Assembly (NCBI GenBank): GCA_963696105.1
Contig: CAVOIP010000001.1
Coordinates: 376,391-440,390 of the forward strand
DNA: 64,000 nt
Source of the DNA: an uncultured Actinomycetota bacterium
Lineage (GTDB): Bacteria; Actinomycetota; Actinomycetes; Actinomycetales; Dermatophilaceae
Direction: 5' to 3'
The notes below the pieces were generated by a model, which searched no databases, was not told where the DNA came from, and saw nothing but the letters and a program-made list of their open reading frames with translations. The position numbers and the translations under genes are program-made. How positions within the stretch are numbered: the stretch's first letter is position 1; the number at the start of each line of letters is the position of its first letter. Below, one piece after another: positions 1 through 9,710 of the stretch.

Positions 1-585
1 CGGGAGGTGGAGGCGCGCTGGGGTCGGCTGGGCCTGCCGGCCGGCTGGCTGTCGCGGCGGCAGCTGAGCGAGGCACAGGCGATGGTGACCCGTCTGGCCC
101 GCTACTTCATCGAGGCCCGCGAGCAGGGGTGGGAGCGGGTCGGCGTCGAGCTCGACATGCGGGTCGAGCTCGGGCGGGCCGTGCTGCGTGGCAGGGTCGA
201 CCGGCTCGAGCGCGACCCCTCCGGCGCGCTGCGCGTGGTCGACCTCAAGACCGGGTCGAGCAAGCCGACCGCCGGAGAGGTCGGGCGCCACGGCCAGCTC
301 GGCGCCTACCAGGCGGCCGTGGAGCACGGTGCCTTCGCCGAGCACGGCAGCCGGTCGGCCGGTGCCGCACTGCTGCAGGTCGGCAAGGCTGCCGGCGCCA
401 AGACGACGCTGCAGGTGCAGCCGCCGGTGACCGGTGACGACGACCCCGGCTGGGCCGACGAGCTCATCACCAGCACAGCCGAGGGCATGGCCGGCGCGCG
501 GTTCCTCGCCACGGTCGGCCCGGCGTGCCAGTTCTGCGCCGTGCGGTCGAGCTGTCCGGTCCAGCCCGAGGGGCGGGTGATCTGA
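1..585 (+). CDS. adnA: 5'-partial CDS: C-terminal RecB/PD-(D/E)XK nuclease domain of an AdnA-like helicase-nuclease subunit
   Basis: Frame is open from base 1. Nuclease motifs GRVDRLERD...VVDLKTG and QLGAYQ are present, with a terminal Cys cluster CQFCAVRSSCP. Stop TGA 583-585 overlaps the ATG of the next helicase gene (TGATG). Order matches mycobacterial adnA-adnB. Confidence 0.7.
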   Translation, partial: REVEARWGRLGLPAGWLSRRQLSEAQAMVTRLARYFIEAREQGWERVGVELDMRVELGRAVLRGRVDRLERDPSGALRVVDLKTGSSKPTAGEVGRHGQLGAYQAAVEHGAFAEHGSRSAGAALLQVGKAAGAKTTLQVQPPVTGDDDPGWADELITSTAEGMAGARFLATVGPACQFCAVRSSCPVQPEGRVI

Positions 586-3500
586 TGCCGATGCGCTACT
601 CCGCCGCCCAGATCGCCACGGCCCTCGGCAACCCGACGCCGACGCCAGAGCAGCAGTCCGTGATCGAGGCCCCGCTGCGTCCGCTGCTCGTGGTCGCCGG
701 CGCCGGGTCCGGCAAGACCGAGACGATGGCCTCGCGCGTGGTCTGGCTGGTCGCCAACGGGCACGTCGAGCCCGACCAGGTGCTCGGCCTCACCTTCACC
801 CGCAAGGCCGCCACCGAGCTGGCGGAGCGCATCGCGAGGCGGCTGCGCCGGCTGCGGCACGTGGGGCTCTGGACGCCGGCCGTCGAGGAGGACGGTGCCG
901 AGGTGCTCGGCGGCACCCCTACCGTCTCCACCTACCACTCCTACGCGGGTCGTCTCGTGCGCGAGCACGTCCTGCGCCTGGGCATCGAGCCGGAGTCGCG
1001 GCTGCTGTCCGAGGCTGCCGCGTGGCAGTTCGCCGCGGAGGTGGTCGACCGCTACGACGGGCCGATGGACGACGTCGGCTTCGCCGCTTCCACCGTCACC
1101 GCCGCGGTGGTCGACCTGGCCGGCGAGATGGCCGAGCACCTGCTGGGCCCGGACGACCTCGAGCGGTTCGTCGACGCGTTCGAGGCCCGCGTGCTCGCCC
1201 TGCCCAAGGGCGCCAGCCGCGCCCGCGACCTGCCCAAAGGGGTCAAGGACACCCTGGCCGCCCTGCGCGCCCGCCGCGCGGTGCTGCCGCTGGTGCGCGC
1301 CTACCTCGACCTCAAGCGCAGCCGGGATGCCCTGGACTTCGCGGACCAGATGGCCCTGGCGGCCCGCCTGGCTCGCTCGTTCCCCGATCTCGGCGCGGCG
1401 GAGCGGTCCCGCTTCCGCGCCGTGCTGCTGGATGAGTTCCAGGACACCAGCGAGGCGCAGCTCGTGCTGCTCAAGCACCTCTATGTCGCTCCTGGGTCGC
1501 CGGTGCCGGTGACGGCGGTGGGGGACCCCAACCAGTCGATCTACGGCTGGCGGGGTGCGAGCGCCACCACGCTGACCCGCTTCCCGGTCGAGTTCGCCGA
1601 CGACTCGGGGCGGGCCGACGAGCTGCCGCTCTCGACCAGCTGGCGCAACGACGACGCGATCCTGCAGGTGGCCAACCTGACGTCCGAGCCGCTGCGGCTG
1701 AAGTCGCCGGTCGCCGTGCAGATGCTGCGGTCCAAGCCCGGCGCCGGGCCCGGGCGCGTGCAGGCGGCCCGCCTGCTCACCGCCGAGGACGAGGCGGCGC
1801 ACGTCGCCGACTGGATCCGCCAGCACTGGCTGGACGGCCGCGGCGCGCGCACCGATGCCTCCGCGGCGGTGCTCTGTCGCAAACGCTCGCAGTTCCCCGC
1901 GGTGATCGACGCCCTCGAGACGGCCGGGCTGCCGGTCGAGGTCGTCGGCTTGGGTGGCCTGCTCACGACGCCCGAGGTCTCCGACATCGTCGCCCTGCTC
2001 TGGGTGGTCCAGGACCCCAGCCGGGGCGACCACCTGATGCGGTTGCTCACCGGCCCTCTCTGCCGGCTGGGCGCCGCCGACCTCGACGGTCTCGCCGCCT
2101 GGGCGCGCTTCCTCCAGCGCCGTGACGGTGCGAGGGGCGAAGCGGGTCACGGCCCCGACCGGACGGCCGCGGGTGAGGCCACGACCACGGCAGCCCTGCC
2201 GGACCCGGCGGCCGAGTCGCCCACGGCGACGCCGTCGGTGCGCGACCAGTCGGTCGACAGTGCCGACCGCTCGAGCATCGTCGAGGCACTGGACGAGCTG
2301 CCGCCGCCCGGCTGGCAGACGACCGAGGGCCAGCACGTGTCTGCCGTGGCGCGACAGCGCCTGCTGGGGCTGCGCGAGGCCGTACGCCGCCTCCGGTCCC
2401 TCACCGGGATGTCCCTGGCCGACCTCGTCGGTGAGGCAGAGCGCGCCCTCGGCCTCGACATCGAGGTGCTGGCGCGACCCGAGCACACCCCTGCCACCGC
2501 CCGGGCGCATCTTGACGCGTTCGCCGACGTCGCGGGCACGTTCGCCGTCAGCGCCGACCGGCCCACGCTCGGGGGCTTCCTGTCATGGCTGGACGCCGCG
2601 CAGACCGAGGAGCGCGGTCTCGACAAGGGCACGATCGAGGCCTCCACCGACGCGGTGCAGGTGCTCACCGTCCACGCCGCCAAGGGCCTGGAATGGGACG
2701 TCGTCGCGGTGCCCGGGCTGGTCGAGGGGTCCTTCCCGGCCCGGTCGAGCGCCAGCACGTCCTACAAGGAGGGTCAGTGGCGGATGAGCCCGCCGACCGA
2801 CAAGGGCTGGTGCGGCGGCCTGTCCGGCGTGCCCTACGACCTCCGTGGTGACCGCGACGGGCTGCCGGTCCTCGGGTGGCGGCACGCCCCCGACCTCAAG
2901 GCGCTGGAGGACGAGACCAGCCGGTTCGTCAGCGACGGGGGGGAGCACGGCATCGAGGAGGAGCGCCGGCTGGCCTACGTCGCCTTCACCCGGGCGCGCT
3001 CCGCGCTGATGCTCACCGCACCCGTGTGGGCCGACGCCTCCACCCCGAGGCTGACATCCCGCTTCCTGACCGAGCTGCTCGACCACGAGGAGCTCGACCT
3101 GGTCGCCGAGCCACTCACGGCCCTGCCCGAGCCGGACGACGGGGGCAAGGCGGCCAACCCCCGACAGACCGAACCGGTCTCGGGACAGTGGCCCGTCGAC
3201 CACCTCGCCGGCCGCCGCGCCGCCCTCAGCGAGGCGGTGGAGACGGTCGTTGCGCGGATGAGGGCCGTGTCGGACTCCCCGGCCGGCGAGCCGGACAGCG
3301 GCGACGGCGCGGGGGAGGACCCGGCCGCCGGCGAGGTCCCGCCCCACCCCACCGGCCGGGCCCGCGAGATCGAGCTGCTGCTGCGTGAGCGCCGGGCACG
3401 CAACCGCCGCAGCGACGTCGAGGTGACCGTGCCCCGGCACCTGTCGGCGTCCAAGGTCGTCGCGTTCGCCCGTGACCGCGAGGCCTTCGCGCTCGACCTG

Positions 3501-4019
3501 CGCCGCCCGATGCCCGCGCCACCTGCCGTCGCCGCCCGACGGGGCACCGCGTTCCACGCCTGGGTGGAGCAGCACTTCGCCCAGGCCGCCATGGTCGACC
3601 TGCTCGACCTGCCCGGCAGCGCCGACGAGGACCCCGGCGACGACAGCGACCTGCCGCTGATGAAGGAGCACTTCCTCGCCAGCGAGTGGGCCTCCCGCAC
3701 CCCCGAGGCGATCGAGACCGCGATCGAGACGATCGTGGACGGCATCGCCATCCGCGGTCGGATCGACGCGGTCTTCCGCCGGCCGGACGGCGGTTTCACC
3801 GTCGTGGACTGGAAGACGGGGGCCAAGCCGTCGGGGGAGCAGGCGCAGGTGGGGGCCCTGCAGCTGGCGGCCTACCGGCTGGCGTTCGCGCGCCTGCGCG
3901 GGCTGGCGCCGGACCAGGTCGACGGCGCATTCTACTACGCCGCCAGCGGCGAGACCGTGTGGCCGCAGCTGCCCGACGAGGCCGAGCTCGTGCGCCTGCT
4001 GTCGACACTGTCCGATTGA
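585..4019 (+). CDS. adnB: ATP-dependent helicase-nuclease subunit AdnB (UvrD/PcrA-type helicase with C-terminal RecB nuclease)
   Basis: Helicase motifs AGAGSGKTET, LLDEFQDTS, VGDPNQSIYGWRGA, VHAAKGLEWDVV and RRLAYVAFTRAR are present. The C-terminal nuclease has GRIDAVFRR..VVDWKTG..LQLAAYRLA. The ORF track starts at 525; I prefer the ATG at 585, which overlaps the upstream stop. Confidence 0.85.
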   Translation: MPMRYSAAQIATALGNPTPTPEQQSVIEAPLRPLLVVAGAGSGKTETMASRVVWLVANGHVEPDQVLGLTFTRKAATELAERIARRLRRLRHVGLWTPAVEEDGAEVLGGTPTVSTYHSYAGRLVREHVLRLGIEPESRLLSEAAAWQFAAEVVDRYDGPMDDVGFAASTVTAAVVDLAGEMAEHLLGPDDLERFVDAFEARVLALPKGASRARDLPKGVKDTLAALRARRAVLPLVRAYLDLKRSRDALDFADQMALAARLARSFPDLGAAERSRFRAVLLDEFQDTSEAQLVLLKHLYVAPGSPVPVTAVGDPNQSIYGWRGASATTLTRFPVEFADDSGRADELPLSTSWRNDDAILQVANLTSEPLRLKSPVAVQMLRSKPGAGPGRVQAARLLTAEDEAAHVADWIRQHWLDGRGARTDASAAVLCRKRSQFPAVIDALETAGLPVEVVGLGGLLTTPEVSDIVALLWVVQDPSRGDHLMRLLTGPLCRLGAADLDGLAAWARFLQRRDGARGEAGHGPDRTAAGEATTTAALPDPAAESPTATPSVRDQSVDSADRSSIVEALDELPPPGWQTTEGQHVSAVARQRLLGLREAVRRLRSLTGMSLADLVGEAERALGLDIEVLARPEHTPATARAHLDAFADVAGTFAVSADRPTLGGFLSWLDAAQTEERGLDKGTIEASTDAVQVLTVHAAKGLEWDVVAVPGLVEGSFPARSSASTSYKEGQWRMSPPTDKGWCGGLSGVPYDLRGDRDGLPVLGWRHAPDLKALEDETSRFVSDGGEHGIEEERRLAYVAFTRARSALMLTAPVWADASTPRLTSRFLTELLDHEELDLVAEPLTALPEPDDGGKAANPRQTEPVSGQWPVDHLAGRRAALSEAVETVVARMRAVSDSPAGEPDSGDGAGEDPAAGEVPPHPTGRAREIELLLRERRARNRRSDVEVTVPRHLSASKVVAFARDREAFALDLRRPMPAPPAVAARRGTAFHAWVEQHFAQAAMVDLLDLPGSADEDPGDDSDLPLMKEHFLASEWASRTPEAIETAIETIVDGIAIRGRIDAVFRRPDGGFTVVDWKTGAKPSGEQAQVGALQLAAYRLAFARLRGLAPDQVDGAFYYAASGETVWPQLPDEAELVRLLSTLSD

Positions 4020-4048
4020 GACGGCCGTGCACTCCCGATGACGGACGG

Positions 4049-4090
4049 GGTCAGGGGGAGCCAGCAGGTCAGGGGGAGGCAGCAGGTCGG
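4049..4090. repeat. About 2.3 tandem copies of an 18-nt unit (ggtcagggggagNcagca) in the convergent spacer between adnB and the phosphotransferase gene
   Basis: Read directly: ggtcagggggagccagca / ggtcagggggaggcagca / ggtcgg. It lies just 3' of the minus-strand stop at 4107-4109. Confidence 0.6.
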
Positions 4091-4106
4091 CGCGGGTCGG
4101 CGGGGG

Positions 4107-5636
4107 TCAGCCGGGGTGCTGCTCCTGCGGCGGGTGTTGGACGGGGATCGGCTGGGTGAGCTCCTCGTCCTGCTCGTCGCCGGAGCGCCCGACGTCGATC
4201 GCGGTCGCGCCACCGGGGGGCGCATCGTCCCGGGACCCCTCGCCAGCCCTGCGGGACGCGTCGTCAGCCGTGCCGGGGCCGTCGCCAGCCATGCCGGGGG
4301 CGTCGCCCCTTCCCGCCGGCGCGGCCGGCTCCCCGGCTGTCGCGGGCTGCCCTTCGTCGCCGGAACCGGCCGGCAGGTGGTCGATCGCGGTGGCTCCGCC
4401 CCGGCTCCCGGCCGCGCCGGCAGCCCCCGCCGTCCCCGCTGCCCGGTTCGCGCCGCCCTCATCATCCGGCGACGGCTCGGTCCTGGCGGCAGCCCCGGGG
4501 GCGTCGACGGGCGTCTCCTCCTCAGGTGAGGGCCCCTCCGCCGGATCGGCGAGCTGGTGCGGCTCCCCGCTCCCGGCGGCATGCGGGGCGTCGGCCAGGG
4601 GCGCCCGCTCGGGCTCCGGAGCGGCCCACTCCTCGATGACGACGGGCGGCATGGAGACGCCGGGGATCACCGGCGCCGTGGAGAGCACGACCTGCGGCTC
4701 GGTCAGCGGGGCATGGGCGGTGTGCTCGTCCAGCCGCCGCAGCCGCGACGCACAGGAGTCGATGGTGTCCTGGTCGTGTGCAGCGGTGGCGGCCAGCAGC
4801 GCGGTGACGAGGCGCAGCTCGCCGGCGAGGCGGGCCCGGCGCTCGAGGTGCGGGTCGGGCCGGTCGACCCGGGCGTGCGCGTAGGCCTCCAGCACCGAGT
4901 CGACCGCCTCCGGTGACGCCTCGGTCACGAGCGTGGCGAAGTCGTCGGCCGGGTCGGCCACCTTGGCGTCCTCCCACCCGGTGAAGGCGCGGACCCGCCC
5001 GGTCGAGGCGTCCGCCTCGTCCTCGAACACGGCGAGGATCTCCTCGCCACCGAGGTCGCCGTGGGTGGGCGTGGGGGCGAACCGCCAGAGGGACACGTCC
5101 TCCAGGGCGGCCTCCCAGCGCGCCAGCAACCCGGACGGGACGTGGCCGGTCGCGGCGGCCCGGTCCAGCTCGGAGAGCCGGCGGGTGCGGTAGGTGTCGG
5201 CGTCGTACGACGGCAGGCCGGCCTCCTCGAACAGCTGCAGGTCGACGTTGTGCAGGGCCGCGATGGACCGGCCGATCTCGGCGGCCAGCCCGGGCCCCGG
5301 CGGCAGGTGGGTCAGCTCCAGCGGGCGCCCGGGCAGGTGGGGGTACACCGCCGCCCGGCCACCCTCCTTGAGCGCCACGAACCCCTTGGGGGCGGGCACG
5401 GAGAAGGGGAGCCGCCGGGCCAGGAGCCCGAGCAGGGCCACCGTGACGTCCATCCGGGCCCCGGCAGCGCGGGACAGCGGCGCGCGCACCACCCACCGGC
5501 GGTGCTGGGTGTCCTGGACGAAGGCCAGCTCGAACTCCTGCCCGGGGTGCGTTTCGACCGCCTCGACGGTCGACGGGTCCAGTCCGGGAACGGCCGCGCT
5601 GGCCAGGGCGGCGAGGGCAAGAGCACTGCGGGTCAC
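4107..5636 (-). CDS. Phosphotransferase (APH/choline-kinase-like) family protein with a long disordered C-terminal tail
   Basis: 509-aa ORF with a GTG start at 5636. The N-terminal ~300 aa look kinase-like (VYPHLPGRPL, HGDLGGEEIL catalytic-loop-like, GWEDAKVADPADDFA). The C-terminal ~200 aa are Pro/Gly/Ala/Asp-rich and carry a duplicated GGATAID..SGDE segment. Confidence 0.6.
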   Translation of the reverse strand: MTRSALALAALASAAVPGLDPSTVEAVETHPGQEFELAFVQDTQHRRWVVRAPLSRAAGARMDVTVALLGLLARRLPFSVPAPKGFVALKEGGRAAVYPHLPGRPLELTHLPPGPGLAAEIGRSIAALHNVDLQLFEEAGLPSYDADTYRTRRLSELDRAAATGHVPSGLLARWEAALEDVSLWRFAPTPTHGDLGGEEILAVFEDEADASTGRVRAFTGWEDAKVADPADDFATLVTEASPEAVDSVLEAYAHARVDRPDPHLERRARLAGELRLVTALLAATAAHDQDTIDSCASRLRRLDEHTAHAPLTEPQVVLSTAPVIPGVSMPPVVIEEWAAPEPERAPLADAPHAAGSGEPHQLADPAEGPSPEEETPVDAPGAAARTEPSPDDEGGANRAAGTAGAAGAAGSRGGATAIDHLPAGSGDEGQPATAGEPAAPAGRGDAPGMAGDGPGTADDASRRAGEGSRDDAPPGGATAIDVGRSGDEQDEELTQPIPVQHPPQEQHPG

Positions 5637-5647
5637 CCGGACACCGT

Positions 5648-6634
5648 ATGTCGAAGCCGGCGCCTAGGGTGGAAGGCGTGAGCCGTTCCAGCGAAACTCT
5701 GCTCGATCTGTCCCTCTCGCGGGGGGCCCTCGACCGCGCCGCCGAGCTGCGCAAGGACCCGGAGCTGCTGCCCCGGCTGCTGGGGGACCCGGCCACGCGC
5801 GTCCTCGAGCTCGTGGGCGGCAGCGCCGAGGTGGTGGAGGCGCGCGGCGAGGTCGCGCTGCACCTGCGGCCACCGCACCGCGGCGACCTCAACGCGCTCG
5901 GCCTGTTCCTCGGCCGGGACGAGGAGGACACGTCGTACGTCGCGGTGGTCGGTGACCCGGTGGACGAGGGGGAGCCGAGGGAGTGGCGCTCCCTGCGCGA
6001 CGTGGCCGTTCTGCTGAGCGACCGCGACTCGGGCCTGTTCACCACCGCGCTTGCGCTCGCCAACTGGCACGCCAAGCACACGCACTGCCCCCGCTGCGGG
6101 TCGGCCACCACCGCCCAGCACGGCGGCTGGGTGCGCCGCTGCACGAACGACGGGAGCGAGCACTACCCGCGCACCGACCCGGCGGTGATCATGTCCGTCG
6201 TCGACGCCGACGACCGGCTGCTGCTGGCCCGCGGGCCGCAGTGGGGCGAGGCGCGCTACTCGGTGCTCGCGGGGTTCGTCGAGCCGGGGGAGTCCCTCGA
6301 GGCGGCCGTGGCACGTGAGGTCCACGAGGAGGTCGGCGTGGCGGTCGAGGACGTCCGCTACCTCGGCAACCAGCCGTGGCCCTTTCCGTGCTCGCTCATG
6401 GTCGGGTTCACCGCGACCGCCAAGGACACGACCTTCCGCCTCGACGAGGACGAGATCGTCGAGGCGATCTGGGTCTCCCGCGAGGAGCTGGCGAGGGGGG
6501 TCGAGGACGGCCGGATCGGGATCTCCCCGCGGCTCTCGATCGCGCGCCGGCTGATCGAGCACTGGTACGGCGCCGAGATCGAGCAGCCGGTCGAGTGGAC
6601 CGCCCCGAACCGGCCGACCGAGCAGAAGGGATGA
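5648..6634 (+). CDS. nudC: NAD+ diphosphatase (NADH pyrophosphatase), Nudix family
   Basis: Zinc-ribbon-like CPRCGS...RRCTN precedes the Nudix box GFVEPGESLEAAVAREVHEEVGV. The position after adnAB matches mycobacterial synteny. An alternative GTG start at 5678 has GGAAGG upstream. Confidence 0.8.
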   Translation: MSKPAPRVEGVSRSSETLLDLSLSRGALDRAAELRKDPELLPRLLGDPATRVLELVGGSAEVVEARGEVALHLRPPHRGDLNALGLFLGRDEEDTSYVAVVGDPVDEGEPREWRSLRDVAVLLSDRDSGLFTTALALANWHAKHTHCPRCGSATTAQHGGWVRRCTNDGSEHYPRTDPAVIMSVVDADDRLLLARGPQWGEARYSVLAGFVEPGESLEAAVAREVHEEVGVAVEDVRYLGNQPWPFPCSLMVGFTATAKDTTFRLDEDEIVEAIWVSREELARGVEDGRIGISPRLSIARRLIEHWYGAEIEQPVEWTAPNRPTEQKG

Positions 6635-7068
6635 CGATGGGCGCACTCGACGCGGCGTCGCTGGCGCTGGTCCGACAGCGCAACGTGGGGGCCCTGGCCA
6701 CGCTGAAGCGCGACGGACGCCCGCAGCTGTCCAACGTCAGCTACACGTTCGACGCCCAGCGGGACCTGGTGCGGGCCTCGGTGACCGACAACCGGGCCAA
6801 GGTACGCAACCTGCGCCGGGACCCTCGGGCCTCGCTGATGGTCACCAGCCCCGACGGCTGGTCCTACGTCGTCCTGGAGGGTGAGGTGACCTTGTCCGAC
6901 GTCGCGGCAGCGCCCGGGGATGACACGGTCGAGGAGCTCGTCGAGGTCTACCGGCTCATCGCCGGCGAGCACGACGACTGGGACGACTACCGCCGGGCCA
7001 TGGTCCAGGACCACCGGCTCGTGCTGCGGCTCCAGGTGGCCCGCGCCTACGGGATGCCGGCGCGCTGA
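6631..7068 (+). CDS. PPOX-class (pyridoxamine 5'-phosphate oxidase-like), probable F420-dependent enzyme
   Basis: The ATG overlaps the nudC stop (ATGA). N-terminus LVRQRNVGALATLKRDGRPQLSNVSY and ..ASLMVTSPDGWSYVVLEG are typical of the split-barrel family. Confidence 0.65.
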   Translation: MTMGALDAASLALVRQRNVGALATLKRDGRPQLSNVSYTFDAQRDLVRASVTDNRAKVRNLRRDPRASLMVTSPDGWSYVVLEGEVTLSDVAAAPGDDTVEELVEVYRLIAGEHDDWDDYRRAMVQDHRLVLRLQVARAYGMPAR

Positions 7069-7070
7069 GG

Positions 7071-7092
7071 CCGGCGGGAGTGTCACCGCCGG
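7071..7092. terminator. GC hairpin (7-bp stem ccggcgg/ccgccgg) between convergent genes
   Basis: Inverted repeat read directly. There is no clear U-tract, so function is uncertain. Confidence 0.3.
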
Positions 7093-7108
7093 CCCCGGTG
7101 TGTGCGGC

Positions 7109-7369
7109 TCAGCCCAGGCGGGTCTTGACCTCGGCCAGGGAGGGGTTCGTCGCGGCGCTGCCGTCGGGGAACACCACCGTGGGGACGGTCTGGTTGCCGC
7201 CGTTGACGCTCATGACGTAGTCGGCGCTCGCCGGGTCGTCCTCGATGTTGACCTCGGTGTAGCCGATGCCCTCGCGGTCCAGGGAGGACTTCAGGCGCCG
7301 GCAGTAGCCGCACCACGTCGTGCTGAACATCGTGATGGTGCCGGTGGCGGGAAGCGCGGGGGCGCTCAT
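7109..7369 (-). CDS. mrx1: Mycoredoxin / glutaredoxin-like protein (CGYC active site)
   Basis: 86 aa: TMFSTTWCGYCRRLK...VNGGNQTVPTVVFPDGS..TNPS. A GGAGA RBS precedes the ATG at 7369. Its location between nudC and uvrD2 matches M. tuberculosis Rv3198A. The 365-aa track ORF is an upstream shadow extension. Confidence 0.8.
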   Translation of the reverse strand: MSAPALPATGTITMFSTTWCGYCRRLKSSLDREGIGYTEVNIEDDPASADYVMSVNGGNQTVPTVVFPDGSAATNPSLAEVKTRLG

Positions 7370-7516
7370 ACGGGATCTCCTCGGGTCTTCGGGACGGTCG
7401 TCCCTCTCAACCGCCGCGCCGTCGGAAACCTTCCCGGCTCCTTGCGGGCGCCGGTTGTCCACCGGCCGGGCACCGGGGCGGGCGGCGCGGGCTCGAGGGA
7501 TGAGAGAATCGGGGCG

Positions 7517-9697
7517 ATGAGCGCGTACCCCAGCCAGCCCCCCGCAGCACCGTCGTCCGACGACATCCTGGCAGCGCTCGACCCCGAGCAGCGCCTGGTG
7601 GCCGCCTCGCCCAGCGGCCCCATGTGCGTGCTCGCTGGTGCCGGCACGGGCAAGACCCGGGCCATCACCCACCGCATCGCGTACGGCGTGCACAGCGGCA
7701 CGTACCAGCCGCAGCGGGTCCTTGCGGTGACCTTCACCGCGCGGGCGGCGGGGGAGATGCGCACGCGGTTGCGCGACCTCGGGGTCGTCGGCGTGCAGGC
7801 GCGCACCTTCCATGCCGCCGCGCTGCGCCAGCTGCACTACTTCTGGCCGCAGGCGATCGGCGGCGCCGCGCCGGAGGTGCTGCCGCACAAGGCCTCCGTC
7901 GTCGCCGAAGCAGGGTCCCGCCTCCGCTTCCAGCTCGACCGGACCACGGTGCGCGACCTGTCCTCCGAGGTGGAGTGGGCCAAGGTGAGCATGCTGACGC
8001 CGGAGACCTACCCCGCGGCGGCGCGGCGCGCGGGCCGCGACCCGGCCGGGCTGGATGCCACCGCCATGGCGCGGCTGTTCCAGACCTATGAGGAGGTCAA
8101 GGCAGAGCGCGGCGTGATCGACTTCGAGGACGTGCTGCTGGTGCTCGTCGGCATCCTCACCGAGCGCGAGGACATCGCCCGGACCGTCCGCAGCCAGTAC
8201 CGCCACTTCGTCGTCGACGAGTACCAGGACGTCAACGCCGTCCAGCAGCGGCTGCTCGACCTGTGGGTCGGCGAGCGCGACGACGTCTGCGTCGTGGGCG
8301 ACGCCGCCCAGACCATCTACTCCTTCACCGGCGCCTCACCGCGCCACCTGCTCGGGTTCGCCGGTCGCTACCCGCAGGCGCAGGTGGTCAAGCTGGTGCG
8401 CAACTACCGGTCGACGCCGCAGATCGTCGGCCTGGCCAATCTCGTCGTGCGCGCGCCCGGTCAGGACGCCGGCTCGCTGGTGACCCTCCAGGCGCAGGGG
8501 GAGGCCGGTCCCGTGCCGGAGCTGGTGTCCTACCCCGACGACCCGGCCGAGGCGGCCGGGGTGGCGCGGGCCGTCGCCGCGAAGATCGCCCAGGGCACCC
8601 CGCCCAGCGAGATCGCCATCCTCTTCCGGACCAACGCCCAGTCCGAGGCCCACGAGTCGGCCCTGGCCGACGCGGGCATCCCCTACCTGGTCCGGGGCGG
8701 CGAGCGGTTCTTCGCCCGCAAGGAGGTGCGCCAGGCGGTCCTGCTGCTGCGCGGCGCCGCGCGCGGCGACGACGGCAGCAAGCCACTCGGTGAGCTCGTG
8801 CGTGACGTCCTCGGCGGTGCGGGCTGGAGCGAGCGGCCGCCGGCCAGCGGTGGCGCGGTCCGCGAGCGCTGGGAGTCGCTGCAGGCGCTCGCGGCGCTGG
8901 CCGACGACGTGGTCACGGCGGCACCCGACGCCAGGCTGCCCGAGCTGGTGCGCGAGCTGGACGAACGCGCCGCCGCCCAGCATGCGCCCACCGTGCAGGG
9001 GGTCACGCTGGCGTCCCTGCACGCGGCCAAGGGCCTGGAGTGGGACTGCGTCTTCCTCGTCGGGTGCAGCGACGGGTTGATCCCGATCAGCATGGCCGAC
9101 GGGCCCGCCGCCGTGGAGGAGGAGCGCCGCCTCCTCTACGTCGGGCTGACCCGCGCCCGCCGCGAGCTGCGGCTGTCGTGGTCGGGCTCGCGCAACCCCG
9201 GCGGCCGCAGCTCGCGGCGCCCGTCGCGTTTCCTCGACGGCGCGGCCAGCGTGCTCGGCGAGGGAGCACGCTCGACCTCCGGGACGGCCGGTCGGCGGGC
9301 CGCCGGCGCGAAGCCCGGCCGGGTCGCCAAGCCGGCGCGGTGCCGCACCTGCGGGACCGACCTCGTCACTGCGGCCTCGCGCAAGATCGGCCGCTGCGAC
9401 GACTGCCCGCCGACCTACGACGAGGCCACGTTCGAGGCGCTGCGCACCTGGCGCGCGACCGTCGCGAGCGAGACCAAGGTGCCGGCGTACGTCGTGTTCA
9501 CCGACGCCACGCTCACCGCCATCGCCGAGCGCAAGCCGTCCGACGTCGCGGCTCTGGCCACGATCTCGGGGGTGGGGGCGGCCAAGCTCGCGCGCTTCGG
9601 CGAGTCGGTCCTGTCGGTCATGAGTGGGGCCGACCCGGTCGAGGTTGCCCAAAACGCTTCTACTGCAGGCAAATCCGAGGCCCTGGACGCGCCCTGA
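7517..9697 (+). CDS. uvrD2: ATP-dependent DNA helicase UvrD2 (UvrD core + tetracysteine module + HRDC domain)
   Basis: Helicase motifs LAGAGTGKTR, VVDEYQDVN, VVGDAAQTIYSFTGA, SLHAAKGLEWD and RRLLYVGLTRAR are present. These are followed by CRTCG...GRCDDCP and an HRDC-like tail (AYVVFTDATLTAIAERKP..ISGVGAAKL). Start is the ATG at 7517. Confidence 0.85.
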   Translation: MSAYPSQPPAAPSSDDILAALDPEQRLVAASPSGPMCVLAGAGTGKTRAITHRIAYGVHSGTYQPQRVLAVTFTARAAGEMRTRLRDLGVVGVQARTFHAAALRQLHYFWPQAIGGAAPEVLPHKASVVAEAGSRLRFQLDRTTVRDLSSEVEWAKVSMLTPETYPAAARRAGRDPAGLDATAMARLFQTYEEVKAERGVIDFEDVLLVLVGILTEREDIARTVRSQYRHFVVDEYQDVNAVQQRLLDLWVGERDDVCVVGDAAQTIYSFTGASPRHLLGFAGRYPQAQVVKLVRNYRSTPQIVGLANLVVRAPGQDAGSLVTLQAQGEAGPVPELVSYPDDPAEAAGVARAVAAKIAQGTPPSEIAILFRTNAQSEAHESALADAGIPYLVRGGERFFARKEVRQAVLLLRGAARGDDGSKPLGELVRDVLGGAGWSERPPASGGAVRERWESLQALAALADDVVTAAPDARLPELVRELDERAAAQHAPTVQGVTLASLHAAKGLEWDCVFLVGCSDGLIPISMADGPAAVEEERRLLYVGLTRARRELRLSWSGSRNPGGRSSRRPSRFLDGAASVLGEGARSTSGTAGRRAAGAKPGRVAKPARCRTCGTDLVTAASRKIGRCDDCPPTYDEATFEALRTWRATVASETKVPAYVVFTDATLTAIAERKPSDVAALATISGVGAAKLARFGESVLSVMSGADPVEVAQNASTAGKSEALDAP

Positions 9698-9710
9698 CGG
9701 TCGGCCGTCA

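Noticed and set aside
306-2510. 734-aa minus-strand ORF antisense to adnB. Similar long antisense ORFs occur at 22031-24871 (N-terminal part), 29108-31171, 31898-34552, 36133-39210, 38561-40831 and 41934-45119, and on the plus strand at 28204-30312.
   Set aside because: Their products are Arg/Gly/Pro/Ala-rich with no recognisable motifs. They lie opposite genes with clear family signatures. Such shadow ORFs are expected in stop-codon-poor, GC-rich DNA.
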